Below are positions 8,507-18,923 of a DNA stretch of 64,000 nt, piece by piece. Position numbers and translations under genes: made by a program. The stretch lies in sequence record PQ471516.1, one strand, 5' to 3'. The notes below the pieces were generated by a model that worked only from the letters and a program-made list of their open reading frames with translations, had not been told where the DNA came from and made no database searches. The stretch's first letter is position 1. Every line of letters starts with the position of its first letter.

Positions 8507-10738
8507 ATGGCTATCAATACGAGTGATTACCTTCTTCAGCAGTTGGTCAATCAGAATAAAGATAATAACGATAGTTTAACTGCAATAAGAGAACTATTGG
8601 CTGACAACTTAAAACAGAATTCTAAGAAAAAGACAGGCTCCAGTAGTCCAGGTTCCCCAAGACCAGGTGGTTCCGGTGGACGTGGTGGTTCAGGAAGTGG
8701 TTCCGGTAACAAAAACACTTTCGGAAAAATGTTTAAATCACTATCATCTGAAGTTTCTAACGTAAGTAAAACAATGATGAACAGCAGTGCGAACGTAAGC
8801 ACTGTAGTGAACTCATTAGGTATGAGTGCATCATCAGCAGCGGGAGCATTAACAATGATTCCTGGCCCGATTGGTGTAGCTGCAACTGCATTTAAAATGG
8901 TAGCCGACGTAGGGATGGCAGTATACAACGTCCTGAACGCACAATTAGAAGTCTACACTAAAATTAACAGTGCAGGTGTTGCATTGGCTGAAGGTTATGG
9001 TTCAGTACTGAAAGGTGCTGGTGCGTCAATGATGAGTGTTGACAACTTTGCTGCGGCATTACAAACACACAGTGCTGTTGTTGCACAGTTGGATGGGGTT
9101 TATGGGGATGGTGTATCATCATTTGGTAAATTATTGGGAAGTGTTCAATTGGCACAAAACCAATTAGGCTTATATGGTGTATCACAACAAACTCTAACTG
9201 ATTTAACTGCACGTAATATTAAATTCCAAAAACAATACGGTGGGGCTGAAATGATTCGTAATATGAATCAGGCTCAAAGTAGTGAACAGTTTATTACTAC
9301 ATTAACTAAATTCAGTAAAAGTATAGGTGAATCAGTAGATTCATTATTGAATAAAACAAAGAACTTGGATAAATCTATTGATACTCGTTCTATGATCATT
9401 GCACTTAAAAACTATTCTCATTTACCAAAAGAAACTGCTGCTCTTACATCAAAAGCTTTTAACGAAGCTGCATCTTCAATGGGTGATATGGGCAGTGATT
9501 ATTTGCGTTTGATTTCTCATAGACTATCAATTGGTGGTATTCCTGATGACCTATTTTCTCCAGTACTGAATGAGGTTGCGGATCTTGGTGAGTATATGGT
9601 TAAGTCTGGGATTACAGATGCTAATGTAATTCGCCAGAAACAAATCGAGTACGTTCGTGCTAACCGTGAAACAATTGAACAAGATATTCTTTATCAACGT
9701 AGTATCGGTAATGAACAAGCTGCCCTATTTGAAAGTCAATTACTAGACCTAGAAGCAGCAGCGAATGACCCTAAAAATAGCCCAGCAGATAAACTAACAC
9801 AATTCACAAACCGCTTTAATATGTGGATTAGTAAAACATTCTCTGAACCATTTAATAAACTCTATGCTGATACACAGAATTCAGTAGTTGATTACCTTTC
9901 TGGTATTGCAGATAGAACTGATGGTGCATGGGAATTCCTATGGGAATTTGCTAAGGATGGTTTCGGATTAATCCCAATTGCTAAAGATGCAATAGAATAT
10001 GTTGATGGCCTAGGTGCAGAATTCTCAACTTGGTTGGATAATTTGGGTTCCGATTTAATGGGTGGCTCATATGATAAGATTTCTAATGCGTTTAACTCTT
10101 TCATTGATAACCTAGTTGATTTGCCTGGTAAACTTTGGGATTCAGTTTCTGGTTGGTTTGGTGGCGGTGAAAAAGAAAAACCTAAAACACAAGAACCATC
10201 TGTGGATGTTACCAATAAGTCCCAGTATATAACCACCGAACAGACAACACTAAATAAGATTACAGATTCAGTTATGGGGTTGTTTGATTCGATATATACA
10301 CCATTCAAACAGTGGAATGACGCAAGAACATGGACACCACCTAAGCCAACAGATAAAGAAGCAATGTGGCGTATGGGTGATCTAATCTCTAGTAATAATG
10401 GTAAAAAACCAATATCTACTCCACGTATTGAGAAAACCGAAAACGTGGTTCCAGATGTAGTACTGGAAAGAAAAATGTTTGATAAATCAGCTTGGAAGCC
10501 CGGTGAAGCACCTTATCAAGCCGAAAAGCCAATTGATTTTGAGTCATTTGTCAATGATCGCAAAGACCTAAATATAACAAACAGGGCAGACGTACCGCAA
10601 CTACAAGCTATGGATGAACAGTCAGAGATTTTGAAACGCTTGGCTGATGCATCAGAAGCATCACTGTCAGCCATTCAACAAACAAATAACTTCTTGAGAA
10701 CTATCTCTGAAAACACTCAAGGTGAAAGAAACAGTTAA
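8507..10738 (+). CDS. Tape-measure-like / gp29-like tail protein
   Basis: 743 aa helical Ala/Gly/Ser-rich protein with GS-rich N-terminal linker and W/F..L heptads; late promoter ATAAATA 8467-8473. Confidence 0.5.
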   Translation: MAINTSDYLLQQLVNQNKDNNDSLTAIRELLADNLKQNSKKKTGSSSPGSPRPGGSGGRGGSGSGSGNKNTFGKMFKSLSSEVSNVSKTMMNSSANVSTVVNSLGMSASSAAGALTMIPGPIGVAATAFKMVADVGMAVYNVLNAQLEVYTKINSAGVALAEGYGSVLKGAGASMMSVDNFAAALQTHSAVVAQLDGVYGDGVSSFGKLLGSVQLAQNQLGLYGVSQQTLTDLTARNIKFQKQYGGAEMIRNMNQAQSSEQFITTLTKFSKSIGESVDSLLNKTKNLDKSIDTRSMIIALKNYSHLPKETAALTSKAFNEAASSMGDMGSDYLRLISHRLSIGGIPDDLFSPVLNEVADLGEYMVKSGITDANVIRQKQIEYVRANRETIEQDILYQRSIGNEQAALFESQLLDLEAAANDPKNSPADKLTQFTNRFNMWISKTFSEPFNKLYADTQNSVVDYLSGIADRTDGAWEFLWEFAKDGFGLIPIAKDAIEYVDGLGAEFSTWLDNLGSDLMGGSYDKISNAFNSFIDNLVDLPGKLWDSVSGWFGGGEKEKPKTQEPSVDVTNKSQYITTEQTTLNKITDSVMGLFDSIYTPFKQWNDARTWTPPKPTDKEAMWRMGDLISSNNGKKPISTPRIEKTENVVPDVVLERKMFDKSAWKPGEAPYQAEKPIDFESFVNDRKDLNITNRADVPQLQAMDEQSEILKRLADASEASLSAIQQTNNFLRTISENTQGERNS

Positions 10739-10748
10739 GGACATAATA

Positions 10749-12485
10749 ATGAGTTGGAAACGACATATGACAGTTGGGAGATCGAAACTTTCGAAAACCC
10801 CAAATCAGTCCAGTAATAGCAATAAAACTACAGGTTCAAAGTCAAATTTCGCTTCGTACCTACCAATAGTTTATAATGGTCTGGCTAACCGTACTGATCG
10901 TTATAGTCAGTACGACCAAATGGACCAAGATCCTGAAATTAGAACTGCTCTAAACATTATAGCAGACTTCTGTACACAAAGTACTGAGGATTTTGGTCTA
11001 CCTTACAAAATTAAATATAAAGACGATATCGGTGATACCGAAGTCACTACCATTGAAGACCGTCTTGATGCTTGGACAGAACAAAACGACTTCAAAACCA
11101 GAATGTATGAAATTGTTCGTGGCCTTTTAAAATACGGCGACCAATTCTTTATTCGTGACCCTGAAACATATGACTGGTACTGGGTAAGCCCACAAAACGT
11201 TGAACAAGTATTTGTCAACGAGGCAACAGGCAAAACCCCAGTTATCTATTATATTCGTGACGTATCATTGAATCTAAAAGATAAAGTCTTTAGTAACCTT
11301 CAAGTTGGTTTTGACAAAACAGCATATCCTGGTGGCATCCCATCTACTCTAGGTGGCGGCGGTGCAGTAGCAGCAGGTGGTGCTTCCGGCTTCACTAACC
11401 AAGGAAATACCTCCGACCCATTCAGTACTAACGGTCGTATGGATGTTATCCCAGTTGGTGCAGAACACGTCATTCACCTAACACTAAATACAGGACAAGA
11501 TGGCGTTTGGCCTTTTGGTTCTAGTATACTCGAAGATGTCTTTAAAGTATATAAACAAAAAGAGCTACTCGAAGATAGTATCATTATCTATCGTGTTCAG
11601 CGTGCTCCAGAACGTCGCGTATTTAAAATTGACTGCGGTGATATGCAAACACACCAAGCTATGGCTTATGTAGAACGCTTCAAAAATGAAATACACCAAC
11701 GCCGTATACCTTCTAATAAAGGTGGCAGTACTTCACTAATGGATGCAGCATATAACCCACTAAGTATTCTAGAAGATTACTTTTTCCCACAAACTTCAGA
11801 AGGTCGTGGTTCAGATGTTCAAACCCTACCTGGTGGTGATAACTTAGGTCAGATTGATGACTTACGTTACTTTAATAATAAATTAGTTCGTGGCCTACAA
11901 ATCCCAGCATCATACCTTCCACAAGGTCCAGATGATGGCGGTGTTTCAATGTTTGGTGACGGTGCAACACAAGCAATGGCAAGTGAACTTCGTTTTAATA
12001 ACCAATGTATGCGTTATCAACGTTTAGTACAAAAAGTATTTGATAGTGAATTTAAACGTTTTATGGTTAAAAATGGATACAACATTAGTACTTCTTCTTT
12101 TGAAGTAATTATGAATCCACCAATGAACCTAGCATCTTACCGTAAAGCAGAACTAGATGCAAAACTAATTAACACTTACATGCCATTGAATGATCTACCT
12201 TATATGTCTAAACAGACTATTCTTAAGAAAATGGGCTTCTCCCAAGCTGATATTGTTGAAAACGAACAATTGTGGCTACAAGAAAACCCTCAAGATGGTA
12301 GTAATCAACCGACTTCAGAAGACGATGCAGCAGGTTTACAATCAGTTGGTATCGACGCTCCAAATGACCCAGGAATGGATTTAGGGTTGGATGACGAAGG
12401 AAACTTGGAAAGTGCTGATGCAGAATACCAAGAACAACAAGGAAGTGCCTCTTTTGACCCGAATAATTTAGGCGATTCTTTTTAA
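10749..12485 (+). CDS. 20: Portal protein gp20
   Basis: LEDSIIIYRVQRAPERRVFKIDCG, EDYFFP..EGRGSDVQTLPGGDNLGQIDDLRYF are gp20 hallmarks; start moved to ATG 10749. Confidence 0.95.
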   Translation: MSWKRHMTVGRSKLSKTPNQSSNSNKTTGSKSNFASYLPIVYNGLANRTDRYSQYDQMDQDPEIRTALNIIADFCTQSTEDFGLPYKIKYKDDIGDTEVTTIEDRLDAWTEQNDFKTRMYEIVRGLLKYGDQFFIRDPETYDWYWVSPQNVEQVFVNEATGKTPVIYYIRDVSLNLKDKVFSNLQVGFDKTAYPGGIPSTLGGGGAVAAGGASGFTNQGNTSDPFSTNGRMDVIPVGAEHVIHLTLNTGQDGVWPFGSSILEDVFKVYKQKELLEDSIIIYRVQRAPERRVFKIDCGDMQTHQAMAYVERFKNEIHQRRIPSNKGGSTSLMDAAYNPLSILEDYFFPQTSEGRGSDVQTLPGGDNLGQIDDLRYFNNKLVRGLQIPASYLPQGPDDGGVSMFGDGATQAMASELRFNNQCMRYQRLVQKVFDSEFKRFMVKNGYNISTSSFEVIMNPPMNLASYRKAELDAKLINTYMPLNDLPYMSKQTILKKMGFSQADIVENEQLWLQENPQDGSNQPTSEDDAAGLQSVGIDAPNDPGMDLGLDDEGNLESADAEYQEQQGSASFDPNNLGDSF

Positions 12486-12559
12486 TAATAAATAACAATG
12501 TATAAAAATGAGGGTGATTAATTCATCCTCATTATAATGCATTATTCAAAGGAGACGAA

Positions 12560-12787
12560 ATGTTAAAGGACATCTTTGAATCTAGCAGTGATTCTATGTA
12601 CGACCCTGAAGATGATCAGAACGTTTATAAAATTACTGATTCTCGTAAACCAAAATTAACATTACAAGTACTGAACAATTTAAGAAAGTACCGTGAGTTT
12701 AAGGCACATGAAGAACAACGACGCAAAGCAGTTGTTGCAGTTGTTTATGCCCCAGCACCCGCTGGAGATGGTTCTGGATTAATGTAA
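12560..12787 (+). CDS. Small prohead core protein (gp67/68 position)
   Basis: Between portal and protease; GGAG RBS; IFE-S protease-type site. Confidence 0.55.
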   Translation: MLKDIFESSSDSMYDPEDDQNVYKITDSRKPKLTLQVLNNLRKYREFKAHEEQRRKAVVAVVYAPAPAGDGSGLM

Positions 12788-12887
12788 ACAAAAATCGCAC
12801 TTTTTAAAGCGTTTAAAAATGGCGAAATTTTTCAGTACTAAATAATATCATACTTTATACGAATATAATATATCTATGGAGGATATA

Positions 12888-13733
12888 ATGGCGAATTTAA
12901 AACTACTACAAGAAGCAATTGAAGCTTTCGCAAACGGCGAGCAAGATGTTGCAGATAAAAAAATGCGTAAGTACTTTGTTGAGCAAGCTCAAGAAATTAA
13001 CAAAGAACTAGAAGAAAGCATGGAAGACGAAGAAGAAATTGAAGTCAAGGATGAAGAAAAACTTGATGAAGATTTTGATGTACAACCTGATGCTGGCCTA
13101 AACTCTGAAATCGAATTCGCTCTCGGTGAAGAAGATGAAAGTGCTGAAGCTGAAGTCGAAGAATTTGGTTCTGAAGACGATGGCGAAGTTGAAGTTGGTG
13201 CTGAAGAAGAAGTTGAAGGTGAAGAAGGTGGTGTTCCTTCCGAAGATCAATGGGAATCCATTCAAGATGCTTTCCGTGGCCTACAAGACATGTTTGATGA
13301 AATCGGTGGCGATGTAGACGTTGACCTAGACTCTGAAGAAGAAGTTGAAGGAGATGTTGAAGAATTCGGTGCTGATGGTGAAGAAGCAGAAGACGAATTT
13401 AGTGATGTTCAATTCGGTGAAGAAAAAGTTGGTGAATCTTTCAAACTAAAACCAGTAGCTGGTGTTGATAAGAAAGAAAAAGCTGGTGCTAACACCAAGT
13501 CCCCAGTGGCTGGTCAAGCAAAATCTCCAGTAGCTGGCGTAGAACCAGTTAAATTCGCTAAAGCAACCGAAAAACAGGTTGATTACGATTTTGAGAACGA
13601 AGATGCAATGTCCCATAAAGACGAAGATCTAGGTAAAAATGCTCGTGGTGAAATGAAAGACGTTAAAGCACCTAAAGTTGCCGCTGCTGCGAAAAGTCGC
13701 TCAGTACTACCAAAATCTCAACCAAAAATCTAA
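12888..13733 (+). CDS. Highly acidic prohead core protein
   Basis: Glu/Asp-rich, several (L/V)xE-S/A sites, late promoter ctaaataatatc 12838-12849, GGAGG RBS. Confidence 0.65.
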   Translation: MANLKLLQEAIEAFANGEQDVADKKMRKYFVEQAQEINKELEESMEDEEEIEVKDEEKLDEDFDVQPDAGLNSEIEFALGEEDESAEAEVEEFGSEDDGEVEVGAEEEVEGEEGGVPSEDQWESIQDAFRGLQDMFDEIGGDVDVDLDSEEEVEGDVEEFGADGEEAEDEFSDVQFGEEKVGESFKLKPVAGVDKKEKAGANTKSPVAGQAKSPVAGVEPVKFAKATEKQVDYDFENEDAMSHKDEDLGKNARGEMKDVKAPKVAAAAKSRSVLPKSQPKI

Positions 13734-13764
13734 CAATAAATAACAGAAAGAAGGAGATCATTAT

Positions 13765-14385
13765 ATGAGTATGATTCGTGAATGGTCTTCATTCAATGAT
13801 TCTAATATTGTTCTGGAACATCGTGATAACGGATTTGGCGGTCGTGATTGCTACCTACGTGGTATTGCAATTCAGGCCGACCAAAGAAACTTGAACGAGA
13901 GAATTTACCCTTTATCTGAAATTACGAAGGCCGTAAATAATATGGGTCAACGTTTAGCTAAAGGGGAAAGCATTCTAGTAGAATGTGACCATCCAGAAAC
14001 ATTAACCATTAACCTAGACCGTGTAGCTGCAATGATTACAAAAGTCTGGATGGAAGGTGCTAATGGTATGGCAGAAATCAAATTGCTTGATACTGCTCAT
14101 GGTCAAAATATTCGTAAAATGCTAGAGGCTGGCGTAAAACTTGGTGTCAGTTCACGCGGTTCCGGTAACGTAGATTATAATGGAATAGTTTCTGATTTTG
14201 AAATTATCACTATCGATATTGTTGCTCAACCTAGTGCTCCAGAGGCATACCCAACTGCGGTATTTGAATCTCTAATGAGCAAGTACGGATCACCTTGTAA
14301 TAGTCCTAAAAAAATCAATGAATCTAAAACAGTAAATAATGTAGATTCTGAAATTTACGATTTTTTCAAGAAATTAAAAGGTTAA
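13765..14385 (+). CDS. 21: Prohead protease gp21
   Basis: N.N.RIYP, E.DHP, LGVSSRGSG, TIDIVAQPSAP.AYP. Confidence 0.93.
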   Translation: MSMIREWSSFNDSNIVLEHRDNGFGGRDCYLRGIAIQADQRNLNERIYPLSEITKAVNNMGQRLAKGESILVECDHPETLTINLDRVAAMITKVWMEGANGMAEIKLLDTAHGQNIRKMLEAGVKLGVSSRGSGNVDYNGIVSDFEIITIDIVAQPSAPEAYPTAVFESLMSKYGSPCNSPKKINESKTVNNVDSEIYDFFKKLKG

Positions 14386-14396
14386 CATTTTAAAAA

Positions 14397-14429
14397 TATA
14401 AATATCTGTATGTTGAAGTACAGATATTT
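14397..14429 (+). promoter_or_regulatory. Late promoter TATAAATA overlapped by an 11-bp inverted repeat
   Basis: tataaata 14397-14404; aaatatctgta 14400-14410 / tacagatattt 14419-14429. Confidence 0.65.
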
Positions 14430-14452
14430 CAGTACTTAAAGGAGAGAACAGG

Positions 14453-15568
14453 ATGTCTAAATTAGAAAAGCTTCTAAAAGAATCATCACTTTCTGATGAG
14501 GCAAAACAGCTAATTCAGGAAGCATGGAATGAAGAAAAAAATACACTTGCCGCAGAAATGCGTGAAGAAATGAAAGGTCGATACAAACAAGATTTGTCCG
14601 AGCTAACCGAAGGTCTAAATACTATGGTTACTCAAGTTATCGCTGAAGAAATGGGTGCAGTATATGATGAGAAAAAACGTCTTGTAGAAGACCGTGTAAC
14701 TCTTCGTAAAACCCTAGGTAATTTCTCTCAGTTCGCAAACTCTGTATTGGCTGAAGAAGTCAAACAACTACGTAAAGAACGTAAACATCTAAGAGAAAGT
14801 ATGGGCAAATTTGTTAATTTCTCAAACGGTATCTTAGCTGAAGAACTAAAAGAATTCCACGTGGAAAAACGTCAACTAGTAGAAACTCGCGTAAAACTAC
14901 TTGCTGAAGGTTCCCGTCAAATTGCTGAAGCACGTAACAACTTCATCAAACGTACCTCTGAAAGTGCTGCTAAATACATTGCAGAAACAACTCAGAAGAA
15001 CCTATACGCTTTGAAACAAGATCTTGTTGAAGCAAAACAAAATATGTTTGGTCGTAAAATTTTCGAAGCATTTGCTCAAGAATTCCATATCAAACAATTT
15101 AACGAGAATTCACTTCTACGTTCCCTAACTGAATCAGTTAAGTCTAAAGAAGACGAAATTGCTCAAGTTAAATCTGAACTAAATGAATCTGTTGCTGCTG
15201 TTAAAGCTGCGAAAACCAAACTCCGTATTATGGAAGATACTCAAACCCGTAATGCAATTATGTCCGAGTTGGTGAAGCCACTAAATACTCAGCAAAAACA
15301 AATTATGGAATCCCTTCTAGCTACTTCTCCTACAGAAAAGCTTAAAGACGATTTCAGCAAGTACCATAAGTCAGTACTTAACGGTACTAAAGTAAATGAA
15401 TCTGCTACCTCTCGTCAAGCAGTTCAGTCTTCAGCTAAGAAAACTCTTGCCGAAGGTAAAGTAATCACTGGCAACCGTCAGGCTATTGTTGAAAGCGAAG
15501 AAATGACCGCTGACGATATGGCATTCCTAAAAGAACTCGATGTTCTTTCTGGTATCAATAAAAAATAA
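14453..15568 (+). CDS. 22: Prohead scaffold protein gp22
   Basis: Coiled coil between protease and capsid; GRKIFEAF motif; many LxE-S sites. Confidence 0.85.
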   Translation: MSKLEKLLKESSLSDEAKQLIQEAWNEEKNTLAAEMREEMKGRYKQDLSELTEGLNTMVTQVIAEEMGAVYDEKKRLVEDRVTLRKTLGNFSQFANSVLAEEVKQLRKERKHLRESMGKFVNFSNGILAEELKEFHVEKRQLVETRVKLLAEGSRQIAEARNNFIKRTSESAAKYIAETTQKNLYALKQDLVEAKQNMFGRKIFEAFAQEFHIKQFNENSLLRSLTESVKSKEDEIAQVKSELNESVAAVKAAKTKLRIMEDTQTRNAIMSELVKPLNTQQKQIMESLLATSPTEKLKDDFSKYHKSVLNGTKVNESATSRQAVQSSAKKTLAEGKVITGNRQAIVESEEMTADDMAFLKELDVLSGINKK

Positions 15569-15606
15569 ACATTTTAAAGCATTTTAATAATCAATCTTTT
15601 CAGTTC

Positions 15607-15619
15607 TATAAATAATATC
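15607..15619 (+). promoter_or_regulatory. Strong late promoter TATAAATAATATC
   Basis: Directly upstream of major capsid gene; same extension at 12838, 28096 and 28159. Confidence 0.75.
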
Positions 15620-15659
15620 ATACTGAAAAACGAATATAACATCTTTAAGGAGATATACA

Positions 15660-16835
15660 ATGTCACAACTACTAAATGAATCCAAATGGGTAGCAGTTAA
15701 AGAGAAACTAGTTGAAGGTCTACAAGGTACTCGTAAGTCCGTAATGGAAACCGTACTTGATAACCATCGTAAACTAATGCTTAACGAATCTGCTACTTCT
15801 GGTGCAACCACCGCTGGTAACATCGCTACTCTAAACAAAGTGATTCTACCAATTATGCGTCGTGTAATGCCTACCGTAATCGCTAACGAAATCATCGGTG
15901 TTCAGCCAATGACTGGCCCAGTTGGTCAGATCCACACCCTACGTGTTCAATATGCTGACAACGCTCCTGGTGTTATCGCTGGTGAAGAAATGCTTTCTCC
16001 ATACAAAATCGCTAAAGCGTATTCTGGTGAACTAAACGCTGACAACAGCAACCCACAAGCTGCTCCTACTAGCCAACTAGAAGGTACTATGGGTCGTCGC
16101 GTTAACATCCGTATCCTACGTGAAACTGTTGAAGCGAAATCTCGTCGTCTATCTGCACGTTGGACTGTTGAATCTGCACAAGATGCTCAATCCCAACATG
16201 GTATCGATGTTGAAGCTGAACTAATGGCTGCTATCGCTCAAGAAGTTACCGTTGAAATCGACCAAGAGCTACTAAGCCGTCTACGTGCACTACCTGGTGC
16301 TGCTGCTGTAACTTATGACCAATCTAAAGTTACTGGTGTTGCTACCTTCGTTGGTGACGAACACGCCGCTCTAGCTACCCTAATCAACCGTCAAGCGAAC
16401 GAAGTTGCTCGTCGTACCAAACGTGGTGCTGCGAACTGGGCTGTTGTTTCTCCAACCGCTCTAACCATTCTACAGTCTGCAACTACTTCTAGTTTTGCAC
16501 GTACTACTGAAGGTACTTTCGAAGCTCCAACTAACGTTAAATTTGTTGGTACTCTAAACAGCACCATGCGTATTTTTGTAGACACGTATGCCAGTGATGT
16601 CGAAGATATTCTAATTGGTTATAAAGGTAATGCTGAAACTGATGCTGGTGTATTCTACTGCCCATACATCCCACTAATGGCATCTGGTACTGTAATGGAC
16701 CCTAACACTGGAGAACTCGTTACGACCTTCTTGACACGTTATGGCTACGTTCAACTCACTGACTCAACCAGTTCTTTGGGAAATGCTGCGGATTACTATT
16801 CTAAGATCGCAATTAAAAACGTTACTTTCATGTAA
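15660..16835 (+). CDS. 23: Major capsid protein gp23
   Basis: RRVMP.VIANEIIGVQPMTGP.G.I, AKSRRLSARWT.E.AQD, FYCPYIPL; extreme codon bias. Confidence 0.96.
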   Translation: MSQLLNESKWVAVKEKLVEGLQGTRKSVMETVLDNHRKLMLNESATSGATTAGNIATLNKVILPIMRRVMPTVIANEIIGVQPMTGPVGQIHTLRVQYADNAPGVIAGEEMLSPYKIAKAYSGELNADNSNPQAAPTSQLEGTMGRRVNIRILRETVEAKSRRLSARWTVESAQDAQSQHGIDVEAELMAAIAQEVTVEIDQELLSRLRALPGAAAVTYDQSKVTGVATFVGDEHAALATLINRQANEVARRTKRGAANWAVVSPTALTILQSATTSSFARTTEGTFEAPTNVKFVGTLNSTMRIFVDTYASDVEDILIGYKGNAETDAGVFYCPYIPLMASGTVMDPNTGELVTTFLTRYGYVQLTDSTSSLGNAADYYSKIAIKNVTFM

Positions 16836-16880
16836 TAAAAAGAAAATTTATAGAATTTTATATTAAAATTGAAAATTTAT

Positions 16881-16920
16881 AAGGGACTCGCTTGACGAGT
16901 CCCTTTTTTTGTTTTATAAT
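16881..16920 (+). terminator. Capsid-gene terminator that also contains a sigma70 promoter (TTGACG-N17-TATAAT) for the endonuclease
   Basis: aagggactcg/cgagtccctt plus T tract; TTGACG 16892-16897, TATAAT 16915-16920. Confidence 0.8.
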
Positions 16921-16943
16921 ACGCGTATATTATAAATGAAGAG

Positions 16944-18170
16944 ATGAAAATGATTACATATCAAGAATTGAATGAAAAATGGATGAGAACACATCCAAAT
17001 CAAAAAGAACCTATATTTTATTTGAATGGTATTGAAAAAGAAATTAATGATAATAATTTAAATTATATCTTCATAGGTTTTAATATAAATTGTGTATCTG
17101 AATTTAATGGTGCAAAAACTAAATTAATTTTAAAATGTCCAAATCCAAAACATAAACAGTTTGAAAACTGCACCTATAATAATTTCACAAAACTTAATGA
17201 TGGTCGTCGATGTCCAGAATGTAGTAAAGAAATGGTTGCATCTTTACATCGAAATGATACAGAAACATTTAAAATTAATTCTTCTCATGTTCATAATAAT
17301 TTTTATGATTATAGTAAAACAACATATGGTAACAATGCACATGAAAAAGTAATAGTTACGTGTCCTATTCATGGTGATTTTAAAATTCGTCCAGCTAAAC
17401 ATTATAATGGTGCTCAAGGATGTTCTAAATGTGCAGAAGAAAAGCAATTATTAGATTCTAATGATGTAATTGAACGTATTAATATTATACATGATAATCA
17501 TTTTGAATTCACAAATTTTGAATATAAAGGTATTCATAAAAAATCTAAGATAATATGCAGCAGAACTGGACGAGAATATAAAACTACTCCTAATACATTA
17601 TTGCAAGGATATGGATGTAGATTTTGTCATCAACGTTCTGAACATACATTTGAATCATTTATTGATATGGCGAATGTGAAACATAATAATAAGTACTATT
17701 ATCATTTAGCAGAATTGCAATATGACGGGTTGAAAAAATATGTAGATGTATTGTGTTCAGAACATGGAATTTTCACAGTACTACCAACTAACCACATTCA
17801 TGGTAAAGCTACTGGATGTCCGAAATGTGCTGAATATGGGTATAATAGCAGTAAAGCTGGACATTTTTACATTCAAAAACTATCAAATAACAAAAATGAA
17901 ATAGTTGCGTATAAGTATGGAATTACTAAACGATTATCTGACCGTATCATTGAGCAACAGAATACTTCAATGTATAAGCATGAATATATATACCATGAAT
18001 ATTTTGAAGATGGTGAAATTCCACCTAAACTTGAAAGAATTGTTGAAGAAAATATCATTTGTTCATACTTATCAAAAGATGAGCTTGGTAATGGGTATAC
18101 TGAAACATATGAGCCTAAATATCATGAGAAAGTTTTAAATTTAATAAAAACTTTTTTAGATAAAAACTAA
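16944..18170 (+). mobile_element. Free-standing homing endonuclease gene: CPxHG zinc-ribbon repeats plus C-terminal GIY-YIG-like domain
   Basis: Repeats H.N.YDYS...V..CP.HG.F...P..H..G..GC..C; C-terminal HFYIQK...YKYGIT.R...RI; visibly more AT-rich with different codon use. Confidence 0.75.
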
Positions 18171-18224
18171 AAGGAGTTGACAAGGATGTTAACTGTATAC
18201 TTATTTCGCAAAGAAGAGTACTTA

Positions 18225-18536
18225 ATGAGTCAGTACTCAAATATTGAGATTAATGTTCCATACGGCACGTATGTTGCTTATGATGAAGAAAGTGAAACAT
18301 TGCATTACTATGATGACAAATTAGATTATAGTACTGAAAAGTTTATTGAAGATGTACTAACCTGTAGTACTGAAGAAATGGTTTATGAAATCTATCTCCA
18401 GAAGTACAGAGAGCGTATGTCCAAGGTACATGCAGACGCACCAGTACTGAACATTAACCAGACTCCATCTGAATTCCAACCCACAAACCCATTCCAGCGT
18501 TTAATAGATGCTGGGGTAAATTTCCGAATTAGTTAG
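18225..18536 (+). CDS. Hypothetical protein
   Basis: ORF track 18177-18536; ATG 18225 is the more likely start. Confidence 0.6.
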   Translation: MSQYSNIEINVPYGTYVAYDEESETLHYYDDKLDYSTEKFIEDVLTCSTEEMVYEIYLQKYRERMSKVHADAPVLNINQTPSEFQPTNPFQRLIDAGVNFRIS

Positions 18537-18559
18537 ATGATAAATATCTTCATAATAAA

Positions 18560-18883
18560 ATGGAGATATTTTCTATGTCACAAATATGTTATGTAATAAC
18601 TAATGCTGCTTGGCCTGAGTATGTAAAGATTGGATTTACATCTAAATCAGAAATGACAGAAAGATTACGAACATACCAAACTGCAACCCCATTCCGTGAT
18701 TTTGAAGTGTATCATGAGGTTAAGTTCCCTGATGCTAGGGTTGCAGAGAAAGAGATTCATAAAAGACTAAAGCAGATGAATGCTACACGTCAGCCTAATA
18801 CTGAGTGGTTCAAGATGCCTAAGAAGCTGGCAGCTAATATAGTTGACTCTGTACTTGACGATATGGAGAACGATTTACTTTAG
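18560..18883 (+). CDS. Stand-alone T5orf172/GIY-YIG-family protein
   Basis: CYVI.N....YVKIGFT....ERL..YQT..P..F.V....AEKEIH..L......EWF; late-type gataaata 18538-18545. Confidence 0.8.
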   Translation: MEIFSMSQICYVITNAAWPEYVKIGFTSKSEMTERLRTYQTATPFRDFEVYHEVKFPDARVAEKEIHKRLKQMNATRQPNTEWFKMPKKLAANIVDSVLDDMENDLL

Positions 18884-18923
18884 TAATAAATATAGTATAT
18901 ATTAATCATAAAGGGATTTATAC

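Noticed and set aside
8551-10308. Long antisense ORFs (8551-8928, 9892-10308; likewise 7071-7451, 33534-33950, 49520-49966)
   Set aside because: They shadow well-supported genes, lack RBS and promoters, and are expected from the strong codon bias.
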